Of a stretch of DNA of 64,000 bases, positions 13,436 to 25,315 are shown one piece after another. The position numbers and the translations under genes are program-made. Origin of the DNA: Fistulifera solaris (taxonomy: Eukaryota); contig AP026155.1 in assembly GCA_030295235.1 (NCBI GenBank), forward strand, positions 434,001 through 498,000. The letters are read 5' to 3'. The first letter of the stretch is position 1. Each line of letters opens with the position of its first letter. The notes under the pieces were generated by a model. That model did not search any database and had not been told where the DNA came from. It saw only the letters and a list, made by a program, of their open reading frames with translations.

Positions 13436-16400
13436 CTATCGACAGCTATTTGCCACAAGATACTTGTTGACAAGCTTTGCATGTGGGGTGTTCTTAAAAG
13501 CTTGGATCAGAGTAGTGTCTTCAGCTTCTGTATAGACCAAGGGCCAATATCCACCGCACCCTGACACCACCGAGCGAAAGGAAACGCTCGTGAACCTTTC
13601 CGGCCTACCGACATTTATAAGTTGGGAACATGATAGACGGCTGACAATTCCAAGCGTTTCTTTTAGATTTGGAGGAGGAAGATATAATTCATCTCCAGAA
13701 GATTTGGCGAGGTGCTCCATTTTGGTTATAAGTTCTTCCAAGTCGAATCCTTTGCTCTTAATGCCGGTATTTTTTCTTAAGACAGCTAGGGATATTAGAA
13801 GCAGAGCTTCAAATGGTGCGCACTGAACAATGCTTTTGAACTCTGCGGAGCTCGTAGTTTTTTGAACGGCAGCAACCACATCTTTGACCATGACCACTGG
13901 ATTACCTGTGCTTTTTTTCTTCTCGATCCAAAACAATTTCCGCCGCCGCCTGGCAAATATGGAATGCTTTTCGGATGTCTCCGGATGCCATCGATGTCTT
14001 TTTGGAAGCAAATAAAATGGCATCGTCCTGAAATACTTTGTAAAGCGGCGATGCCTGTGATATTTTTGCCGACAGAATGGCGACCGTCTGCGTCACGTTG
14101 TAGGATTGGAAAGGTAAATGGTTTTTCCCGATACGAGATTGTATGCGATGGTGGAGCCTGTCCAACAAGTCCAGCGTATTGGAAATACCGATAACAACAA
14201 GATTAAAGGGCGCTCCAACGCTTCGTGATGTTGCAGGCCAGTTGAAAAAATCGTAAAGAACCTCCTCCTTCGGCGTAACAAGGTAGTCGATTTCATCTAG
14301 AAGGAGGACAATTACACGTGGTTCTTGCGACTCGGACTTTGCTTTTTCAAAGTATCTCGCAAGCTGCTTGCGGGCTGCGTCGGCGGTGTGCCTTTGCCGT
14401 CCCTGCATATCTGTTCCAGGAACCTAGTGTACGCTTCATTGGGATTCCGCATCTCCATGCCATTCAGCGATACAAAGTCAAACGACGATACCAGTCCTTC
14501 TCTTTGGTCTTGTTTCAAATCACCGATAGCTGCCCGAATGCAGGAGGTCTTTCCCACACCTGGAGGACCCGCTACAAAAAACGAGGCTCTGAAGTTGTCT
14601 TGATTTTGGCCAAGAATAGAGTCCCGTAAAAAAGACTTGATAGCGTTTTGCTCGTATTGTCTCCCAATCAAGGCGGTGCTGCGTTCAAAACCTTCTATCG
14701 ACGCGTCCGTAAGCGATAGCTTCTTTATGACACTTCGAAACGATTCTTTCCAGTCTCCGTTTGCATTGAATGACAACAGCGAGCCTCCTTCATGTTTTGT
14801 AGTGTAAAGAAGATCCAACTCCTTGGAATACTTTGAGTGAATTCTTGCTCTCCTAATCCTACCGTTGAGGTCACTGATTGGTATCAGACTGCGACGACGA
14901 GGGGACCAGAAGCGGCGACAATGAAACTGAATTACTGGCATTCCTAACAAGTACTTGGCCTCTGAAACCTTCGCTGTACTCACCAGCTCAACAGGAGCTA
15001 GTAGATTGCACGGAGAAATCTCATCGTAATGGTCGCTTTCGAGTACTTCTTCTAAGGTGTGCCATGTCGGATCCCTCTCGGTGTCAACTCCCTTTATTTC
15101 GGATGCACGGTACAGCCACCTTATTTCGAAAACGATCACAGATTTCAGTTTATCTTCCGATGGTGATCTCTTGATTATGGCGACAAGCTCAGCGACAGCC
15201 CATTTAATTTCGTCCGCGAGCGGAAAGTTCTTTGACAAATTTGGTTGTTCGATGTTTGTTCCAAACGACGTTCTTCCGGAACCGAAACCATGTCTGACGA
15301 TGAAGACATCACCAAGTCGAAGTTTCCAAACGGAATCATCCGGAACGGAACAAGCCGGGAGACTTGGACAGAAGACACCATAGCGAGGTCGTACACAAGC
15401 CTCCTGGTAAAACTCACAACTAGCGCCGTAATCAACGTAGAACGCTGGGCCTAAAAGCCGGGCGTTGCTTTCTAAGAAACGCACAGAAGACGATTCTGAA
15501 GCAGTTGTCTTCTCGTCGTCATAGGACATACTTTTCAGCTGCATATGCGGTTTTATTGTGCCGTGTACTTTTGAGCTGTCATTCACAACCTTTGTGACTT
15601 CGGCAAAGAGCTCTTTAATCGTCGTTTTGTCGTACTGATTGGATGCTTCAAGGCACCGCTTTAGAAGGTTGCACATTCGTTGGGAGTTACTTTGATGCTT
15701 CTCGACCCGAATATCATAAACTCCTCCATAAACGTTAACCGAAACAGGGAGATAGCTCTGCATCTCCACATTAGACCATAGTGCTTTTCTATCACTTCGC
15801 TGTAATTTTGTGATGCCGGTCATGAAAATACTAATTGGACCAATGAGAGCATCACATTTTACAACTTCCACCTGAATGTTTTCTCCATTGGAATATTCGT
15901 AAACGACGCCTAGTCCACTGCCTTGCACTGAAGGAGTAATTTCTCTTCTAAACAGCCAGCGGATTTCAACCATATATTTCTTCTCAAAATCACTTGAATC
16001 CTTTTCCAACCTTTGAAAAATCGATATGATTTGAGCCGGCCTCCACGGTACAGAATACGGAAAGTACGAACTCGTTTTAATAATACTGCTGCGTACAGCC
16101 ACAATGTCGCCAACACAGCCGACCCAAACCCGATCTTTTCGATCGGCTTCTGGATAGAGAACTTCAGAAAGTGCATACCTGTCCCATGACGGAGTAAGAC
16201 GACAACTGAAAAAGAAACGGCGATCCGGATTTGTGTTTTCCTGAGAGCATAAGCGTGTTTCTGTAAAAACGTCTTCATTGCCGGTTGTCCGCAATCGCGT
16301 AGTGGACGAGTGCGGGCAAGCTTTATTATCCAGAAAAGGAACTTGAAGAGCGCACAGCAACTCCTTCCGTTCCTTTATGATCGGAGATAGCTTTAAAGCT

Positions 16401-18866
16401 TTCAATGTCATTGATTGAAACCACCTCACAGGACTCGCTTCCGCGTTGAAAAGGGGCTGAAATTGACCGTACTGGTGTAAAAACAGGTATTTGCAGCGAA
16501 AATCTACCGCCAAGACATTTTCATTGAATTGACCCTGAACTTTTTGAACGTGATTTGCGATGAATAGGTCAACGGCGCCAAGAATCCTTGAAGCTTTGAC
16601 GTCCCTTTCGAAGACGTCAGTTTGAAAAATTTCGGGGACAGGACCCGTTGTCGGCGGCATCCAGCTGGATGTATTTGATGGCATTTCAGACGGCCGATTG
16701 AACATACACAACTCTACTAACGGTTCATTTGACCCTGGACTCTGTTTTGCAGTTTCCCTGTAGATACAAGTAACTTGACCGATCCGCCAGGGAGCAACAA
16801 ATGGATACCATGGATTCGTTGTCTCACGAGACCTTGGAGAAGGGGCTGTATCCCAAGCAACACAAACAATATCACCTATCTTCACCGTCCATGATTGAGT
16901 GTTAAGAGAACCCTTGTTTGCCGTTGCCCGTGATACATTCCGTCGCGAAACGAGAGGAACAAGAGCAGATGAGAGGTAGTCCACACACCGTCCTTTCGAG
17001 GGTTTCTCTTTGTAGATTATTCGACAAGTGGCATCAGTAAATGCTTCAACATTCATGAGTTCCACTGGCCATCGCGTGGAAACTTCATTTTCGCCTGACT
17101 CGGAATACTTGGTTTTACTGTTAAACAACCCACTCTCTAGATTACCACTTAAACCAAGGCGACGTTTGATAGCATCCAAACATCGCATTTGCAAGACAAG
17201 ATCCTTCCCAGGGTGCGCCTTTTCACACAAAAGCCCACGACTTAGCGGCCCCGCAACTCTTTCTTTAAATGAGGTCCAGTCACAAATGTCGTCCAGCGAA
17301 GTGGAAATCGTCTTGCTATGGTAGAAATGCCGACAGATAAGAGGAACTTGGGGACATTTTGTTTTGTCAACGAAACAATTCAACCATTTCAATGAGGGTT
17401 TAGGATCACTTGTAATATCGATGCTTCCGAGAACTTTCTCGACAAGTATCGTACTCACAAACTCATCAATTTCGATAAGCATCTTGTCTGCATGCTTATA
17501 TTCCAGTAGGCCTTTTCTTTCATCGTCTGATAGGCATAAATCTTTGAGGAGATCTATATCCGTAATGCGGTACAGATAGCGAAATTCAACGAAGACCTGA
17601 CTAGAGGGTGAGTTTTCTTTTCGATAAATAGCTAGAACTTGTGCGGCAGCCCATGGCAAAGTAAATGGCATCCAAGGATTCTTCACTCGTTTCTGAGGAA
17701 TTTCAGCAACAGTGGATACTGCTACAACGTCTCCGACATGAAATACAAACTTTCCAGATAGACGACCTTGAATGGACGAGTCATAATTCTGTTGGCACAA
17801 ATTCAACTCGACCGACTCGAAAAAGTAAAGTTCAGCCACGCTCGTGCCTTTTTTTATCCTTGTGACGCATTGTATATAGCGTTTGTTCTGGTAGAAGCTG
17901 TTCCAATTGAGCAAGTATCTCAGGTTCGGCAGTTGAAGCGGAGGTCGACGTAGTCAGTGCGGCCTCATCGAAAGAAGTATCATCGAGTTCGACGCGCGAT
18001 TTCTGCTTTTTTGAAGGACACCCTGACCTACATAGTACAGGTTTGCGCTTGTTACTGGCTTTTGATGTGAAAGAAGGGTTTGGCTTGAGCTTCTTCTCCA
18101 CATTAGTCGCCATTTTTTGCTTAGGGACTCGTGCGTTGCGTCGATTTCGTGAAGGTGACGAACTTTCCATGAAGTGACCCTCCTTTTGCATTGGGAAAAT
18201 GTGCTCTTTGTACAATCTTTGCAAAGTTCGGTTTGATTGTTGCGGTTTGTCGATGCTCCAAGCTCTTAATAGGGAAAGTGGCAACTCGCCGTCGTCGCGA
18301 ACATAATGATCAAGCCCACGACGCTCGAAAGACTTCATTGGATCGAGGAAACCTAGAGGGCAGTAGAAAATAGTATAAGTGCCAGGAACTTGCATTTCTG
18401 GAGGAATCTGGTTTTGATCTCTGAAAAAATCGGGCCTCTTGAGTTCCACCACAGCTGGTAGCAAGCGTTCGATGGGGAACGTTTCTTCGACTTCCGTCTC
18501 AACTATGCTATGTTTAGGTCTACATAGTTCGTTCATGACGCTCTTTGATTCCTTAGTTGCGTGCTTGTCACAGTATGCACTTGATACAAAAGGGAAGCAT
18601 CTGACTGTGACGTCGTATTTTTTGGTCGAGTCTGTTTTCGTCATAGTCAATTGAATCACCTGTCCTATTATCCATTTCTCACTCTGAAATGGGGCCAACC
18701 TTAGCTTTCCCTTTTTCTCAGATCTATAGGCATAGAAATCTCCAAGAAAAATGCGTTGACAAAAGGTCCCATGGTTGATTTCAAGGCCACCAAATGCAGC
18801 ACATTTGTTTGAGTTAGAGCGGTCTACTTGTTCTGTCAGTGCGACAACCTGAAGTTGGGATACCAT
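13436..18866 (-). CDS. ORC1: ORC1-like AAA+ ATPase (~1800 aa) with about five tandem BAH-like domains
   Basis: LIGRQYE, Walker A GPPGVGKT, LNGMEM, Walker B VLLLDEIDYL, VLYDFFNW, IGISNTLDL, SGDIRKAFHIC and a winged-helix-like tail. Four ORFs join through single-base indels in homopolymers at ~17855, ~14393 and ~13915. Confidence 0.85.
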
Positions 18867-19421
18867 ACTTCAAACACAAAAACGCCGCAGTGGATATGGT
18901 TGGTTGTGTGTGTAAAGAAGACTGTTGTGAATCGTTTATTTCAATAGAATGCAAGGCTATAAGTTTTCGCGCTTCATTGTCATTCTTTCACGTCATTGTT
19001 GTTGCGATCGCATCGCATTCGAAATTCGAGCTGGAACTGCGGTTTCCGGTACCGCAGATGGTGCAGCGACCAGCGAGCAGACCGGATCACCGCCCGACCC
19101 GCGCGCGCGAAATCATCACGCGCGGACGGATACGAAAAAAGACACTCCAGCATTTTGGGTCATTCTAATCCTGCACTGCAATAAGTCGTCAAAAGTCATC
19201 GCCGAACTCTTCTAGTACGGAGTCTGGTCGGAGTATTTCGCTGCTTGCCCCACAGTGCACTGCGAAAGCCCATGGATTTTAGATTTGGGCCTGTTGGCAC
19301 TACATGGATACGGAGTATGAATTTTCGATTTATGTTCTGAGATTTCCGCCTTGGCGTTTTCGCCCGCCAAACGCCAAAAGGTCTTCTTTCATTTCCAGAG
19401 CTAAAGAATCGAACAAATGCC

Positions 19422-22400
19422 TTGCAATTGATTGTCAAAGAATTTGCACGCAACAAGCTTCATCCGTCGCAACAATTTCATACTGTTACTATTACCCAGG
19501 CAGGAATTATTAAGTCCTTCAACATGCATCGAAGCTTGCAGCAGGATTGTAAAGAACGAACGTCTATCACAACATCTTTCAATAATGATGATCGGATTCC
19601 TACCTACACCGGCATAATGTTCGAAATATATCCTAACATGGATCTCGAGTTATTAACAATGGAGCTTGATATTCGAATCAATGAAGCAGGTGGACAACCG
19701 GACCTCTGGGTTGAAGTTTATACGCTAGTGGGGAGTTACGAGCTTTTCGAAGCCTACACCGCGGACAGATGGACCTTGGTGACCGAAACAAACGCGGTTT
19801 TGCTACCCGGTGGCCAAGCAGCTATTATACCAACCAGCGTTTTCAACAAGGTTGAGATGAAAGCAGGAGAGCGGAGATCATTCTACGTTACTTTTCGAAA
19901 ATCGGTAAGCTTATTGATCCTCAGCCGTGTTTCTGTTTAGCTTTGTGTCGTCTCACCTCCGGTTTCTCGCTTGCTAATTCAATGCGCAGTACATAGATTT
20001 CGTCGCCGACGCCCTTCAAAAAATCTGGAGAGGTGCAGATGACAACCCCTGAACTCGATATCTCAGTTGGAGTAGGCTTCAACGAATACAAGTTTCCCGG
20101 CGATTTCGACCGAACACTGGATCCGCAGTTCGCCGGAGTACTTCATTTGCGACGATCCGGAGAATGCAGCCTCTTTGTCAAAAACACGGAACTGACTTTC
20201 AGTTACCTTGTGGAAGCCGAGCCTACACCCGAAATTTCGTCTCAGCTAGTCGAAGCAGTACAAGAAGCGATTAAGTCTCTCATGACAACTGATTCAATTT
20301 TGCTCTCGTACCAAGAACAATTTGGTCTGGTTCAACTAATGGAGCCTATTGGGGCGATGGATAACAACAGCGGTAAGTAATTCGGCGTGCTCAATGTATA
20401 TCAGGGATGAAGCACTAACTTTTGAATAGGAGGGTGTCCTGATCAGTGGGCCACTTGTCCAGACAGATACTTTAACATCAACGTTTCCTTCGAGCACAAC
20501 GATAAATTAGATGAAGGAGAACTCAGATATCAATTTTATCGCCACTACGGAATGGTCGACGGTGCTGTGAAAGCGAAAATCACAGATCACAGTTCTCTTT
20601 ACGTCGGACTCGCAAGTGTATCAGCTGATATAACTATGTCCCTGAGTGGCACGCCTGAAAACAGTATAATGGACAGCGTGCAAGCGGATTATTTCAGAGA
20701 GGCTGTGGTATCGTTTCTTCAGGCCCACATCGATCCCAAGGCAAGCATATTTAGTCTCGCTATTGATAGCCAATCGAGGTCCAATAAGCTCCGTCATGCA
20801 CGAGCGTTGCAGGAAAGTGATTTGATGGTAACAGGGAAGCTCTTCGGAGGCCAGGGCCTATATTATTCTGCTGAAGATTTTCGCTCCGAAGTAGAAGATA
20901 CATTTAGGAGTGGACAAGAGATTTTCATAGAAAGCTTAATTACGAATGGCTTACGACCAAGTGATGTCAGCGAGAACGGCGGAATTGAGATATTCAACGG
21001 GATCACCAGCATCGGTGGTTTTGTTAGGGTGGATGAGACACCACAACAATCTGCGCCTGGTATGCAAGGTCCGGTGACGCAGTCTGCTAATTTTGGCTTA
21101 ATAGTTGGTGTAGTCTTGGCTGTCGCTTTCACTTGCCTGGTGGTATGGCTTGTCAGTCATTTTTGGCGTTTATACCAGCAAAGAGAAGACAAAGAGCGCA
21201 TGAGGGAGTACCGGGAAGAGCGAGAGAGAATTGACAGAATGAACTGGCAGAAGCAAATTGACGACGAATATGACGAGGTTTTTGGAGGCGGTAATGAAAA
21301 CAAAGAAGCCGATAATGAAGCGCCACTTGACGCGCGACGCTACTTGGCGTCCATTACAGATACATATGATGATGTGAATTCCTGTGATATAGAGAACGTT
21401 GGCGCACTGAAACGATCAAGCTCTTTCCACGACCCGCGCATAACATCAAAGCGGATGCTCCCAGCCCGATCAAAATCCTGTCAAGGAATTGATGGCGGTT
21501 CATCTCAATACGAAACGACAAGAACCGGTGGATTATACAAAGGCGTCGTAGAGCCAAAGAAAGGACAAAAACCACAACTACCGAAAGCGACACTAGATAA
21601 GTTCCTGGAAGATAAAGCAGGGGCTTTTTTACGGCAAGGTAATTCGAGGAGTGTCTCTTCTTCAGCAATCAGTATTGGTTCTTATTCCGCAGCCAAACCA
21701 CCAACTCGATCACGTTCTGGGCCGGTACTTGGGTATTCTGGCTCTTCATTAGGGCCTCCCGCAACACGAAATGGACCGGTGCCTTCCAGATTGCCACCTG
21801 GAAGGTCGGCATCAGGTCCCAATCTTTTTCAACGTCAAGCGCCTCGTGCAGGGCCACCGGTACGACCACCGCCTGGTCGTGCAAGGTCATATAACTCCCT
21901 TCCGCCAGGAGTCCGCCCTCCTCCTCCACCGCCTCCTCCTGGTTTTGATCCTCGGTCCCAGGGAGCACCTTCACGAATACCTCCTGGTCGATCTCACTCC
22001 CTCAATCAAAATCGATTTCCTCCTGCTGCTCATGCGCAACCTCGTGTTTTCACGTCCGGTCCCCCAAAAGGCTTACCCTCAAAAATATTAGGCTCTCAAC
22101 CGTCACCATGTCGCAATGATCCTAAGCCATTGCGTTTAGGTTCTGAAATTACTGCCAATGTGACACAACAAAGACCAGAGAACCCGCCGATGGCATCGCA
22201 TCGTCTCCAACACACGCCCCCAGTCATGATGCACAAGCAGGTTGCAACGGCAACTTTAGTTCAGCAGATAGACAATCAGGCAGTACCAATGCCTCTGAGC
22301 AGGCATCAAAACACAATTGCAAATGAAAGCGTCACATTATCTAGGAATGACCCGGAAAACTCGTGCGAAGTAGCCCCACAAGCCGCAAGAGACTTGCCTC

Positions 22401-22684
22401 CCCGATCCGAGACGCCACCAGTCGAGACGTACGTGAAACCTGCTAGTTCACCTGCCACTTCAACATCATCTATGTCTCTGGAAGAGGAAACAGAGCACAA
22501 AAAGAACAAAAAGAAAAAGGAAAAGAAAGAGAAGAAGAGCAAAAAGGAAAAGAAAGAAAAGAAGGAGAAGAAAGCGAAGAAGGAAAAGAAGAAATCAAAA
22601 GAAACCAAATCAAACGACGGACAAGGACAGCATGATATGGCCATTAGAAACAATTTGCAGACTGAAGCAAAAGATACTAGATGA
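19422..22684 (+). CDS. Type I membrane protein with RXL motifs, Pro-rich cytoplasmic region and Lys/Glu-rich tail; true start uncertain
   Basis: Exons separated by GT-AG introns (~19905-19989, ~20373-20429). TM segment FGLIVGVVLAVAFTCLVVWLV; poly-Pro; KKEKK repeats. Confidence 0.7.
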
Positions 22685-23062
22685 TAGTTCATAATAATGA
22701 CAGGACAGCATTGGCGTAACGTCTACGAGAGGCGTTACCGTCCGATGCTTGTCAATTCTGCTTGTGGAGTAAGATGCATCTTAATAATGTATATATCGAT
22801 TGATTTGATTTACACTACCCGAAAGTGGTATACTTAATAAGTCTTTTCGCTAGATGAGTATCGTACCTTGACGTATGGGCTCGTCATTGTGTTAAACAAT
22901 AGTGAACTCGTGACAGGAAACGGTTCTCAATTTTCCAGTCACGAATCATCGAACAAAATTGTTTCTTGACACTTGCCCTGATAATACTTTTGCGGCGGCC
23001 TGACGCCTCCTATTCGTTTCAACAATAAGCCACAGAGCTTATTGTTATTCATTACCTTAACC

Positions 23063-23827
23063 ATGGTTGCTGTCAAAATAGAACAAGCTAGTCCGACTTT
23101 GCTCCCGACTGTTCCGTCGAGATGGAGCATAGGATACATCTTCGCTCACGCTTTATCAGTTTTGGTCGTCACCATCGTAGGAATTGCAGCTGCAAGTTTT
23201 CAGGACGCGTCTTCTGCCATGGCGTTCTATGGAGTATATCATCGAGAGCCATTCAATCAATTAATTCATTTCTTTGGTGTGCCCATTATTGTGTGGACTA
23301 TCTTGATTTTTCAAGCGCATTTGCCTCTCACAACGAGGATGACGTTAAATTGGCCGGGAGCCCCACACCATCCTTCTTGGGCTACCGTCACGACTGTCTT
23401 CTACCTTATTTATTACTTTCAAATCGATGCACCGGGAGCTCTAATGTATGCTCCGTTGCTTTGTTATATGTACTACACTTCTGTGATATGGACAGCTCAA
23501 GACCAGTATCAAACAAACAAATCGAAGCTATCATGGACTGGAACTGGACGCTTGTTGCGCCTTGCGGGCTTACTTCATGCCATGGCGTGGTACCTTCAGA
23601 TTTACCCAGGTCACAGAATTATTGAGGGTGCTCAGCCAGCCGTTTTACAAAGTGTGGGTGGAGCTCTATTTACCGGTCCGCTGTTCGCGTTTTACGAAGG
23701 TATTTGGTACGTGGGGCTACGAAAGGAGTTTCAACGACGTGTCCTCACTTTGGTAGATGAGTATACAAGAGAGTTATGCGCGAAAGGCGTACCCATGAGA
23801 GCATGTGATAGTGTAAAACTCTATTAA
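23063..23827 (+). CDS. DUF962 / Mpo1-like membrane dioxygenase-family protein
   Basis: FYGVYHREPFNQLIHFFGVP and WYLQIYPGHRIIEGAQPA motifs; multiple TM segments. Confidence 0.85.
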   Translation: MVAVKIEQASPTLLPTVPSRWSIGYIFAHALSVLVVTIVGIAAASFQDASSAMAFYGVYHREPFNQLIHFFGVPIIVWTILIFQAHLPLTTRMTLNWPGAPHHPSWATVTTVFYLIYYFQIDAPGALMYAPLLCYMYYTSVIWTAQDQYQTNKSKLSWTGTGRLLRLAGLLHAMAWYLQIYPGHRIIEGAQPAVLQSVGGALFTGPLFAFYEGIWYVGLRKEFQRRVLTLVDEYTRELCAKGVPMRACDSVKLY

Positions 23828-23868
23828 GTGTATTAGATGTATAATCGGAAGTACCTGTAACGCGCTAT

Positions 23869-25259
23869 TCAAACTCCTCCGCCGTCAAAACTCGCACACA
23901 AGCTCTCCTCATCGACACGCGACAGTCGGCCGAGTACGGGCATTGGTAGATATTCAGGGTCTCGTGCACTAGGTAACAGACCACAAATCCACGGTCTCCG
24001 TTTTCCAAAAACTTGATCCCAGTTAGCATGAAGACTACCTAAAGAGTACGGATTGCTCCATTTCTTGTTAATAGATTTTGCTCGTCGCCGATGCGACAAG
24101 TTTGCATGGAACTCAATCGTAGTTTGGCCCGTCAATGTTAGGTACACATGAAATCCACCAAGAAGAAGAACCGCAGCACCGACAGCTGCACAAAGCATGA
24201 AGCAAAGCGTTACGAGCATCTTTTCGTCGCGAAACGGGAGCATAGGAGAAAGTCGCTTGGGCTTCATACCTAAACGCTTTTCCATTTTATACTGCTTTTT
24301 GTACTCTTCGGATCCAATTAGAAGAAAGGGTTCCAAGGAAATTAATACTCCATACAGCATGCCGACAAAGATGAAAATAAGGAACGTCACAAAGAAGCGA
24401 TAATTGAAATATCCAACTAATGTCTTGTGAGCCCGGAACATGCACACACAGCAACATGGAGCTTCGAGCTTTCACTTACTTGCATTGAACATCCAAGGGC
24501 AATAATGATCTAAATTCAGCACCAACTTTCGAGAAACATGATCAAAATGAGATCGAGGAGGCTTGGGCTGGTTCGTCTCGCGACAGTATCCCCACTCAAA
24601 TGGACCCATGATCATCCAAGCTCGCAAAGACTCCTTCTTCTGCTGCGTGTTTCCAGTTTCTACTTTGACGCTGCTTGCTGTGGTCGCATGACGCTGCACC
24701 ACATTACTACCATCTACAACTCGCCCAGCTGTCTCCGACCGAGCCATCCGTCGATGCATTCTCAAGAAGATGCGGTCTTCATAATCTTGGCGATATTGCT
24801 GCATTTGTGCCGGCGTTTCCGGATACAAAAGTCCAGTCCTTTGCGCTAGTACCCGAACAACTTGATCATACTTCGGACCGTTGTGTTTTGTCACGACACA
24901 CCAGTAGTAGTTGAAAAGAATGTTTCCGTCGACAAAATGACAAACGCCGTGTGCAATGCCAACAGCAAATTTTTGAAAGGTGACAACTCGTACTTTTGTT
25001 CCATCATCGGCAGCAAAATTGTAAAGTAGGAGAACGTCAGAACTCCTATTATAGCAAGTGCGAGCAGTATCAGCAACGGCCCGATTATATACACGAGGGT
25101 TTCCATCAACCAACTCATTCCGTGAAGTGCGATGTCAATCACACGTGTACTCGAGAGGCTAAAATGGAAGCTCCCCAGTGAAAAAATTCGCCTCCGCCGT
25201 TTTGATTGGGCTCCGTTTTCGAGCGAATGATGATCTGCTTCTGCTGTGGATGAAGGCAT
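23869..25259 (-). CDS. DHHC-family palmitoyltransferase (DHYC variant)
   Basis: KPPRSHFDHV...LNLDHYCPWMFN|AIGYFNYRFF, GQTTIEF and NPYSLG motifs. Intron ~24478-24417; indel ~24925. Confidence 0.9.
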
Positions 25260-25315
25260 CCTTTAACGCTTAAGATGTGTTTGCGAAATAATCAAGAACA
25301 GTCAACGGCGGATTA

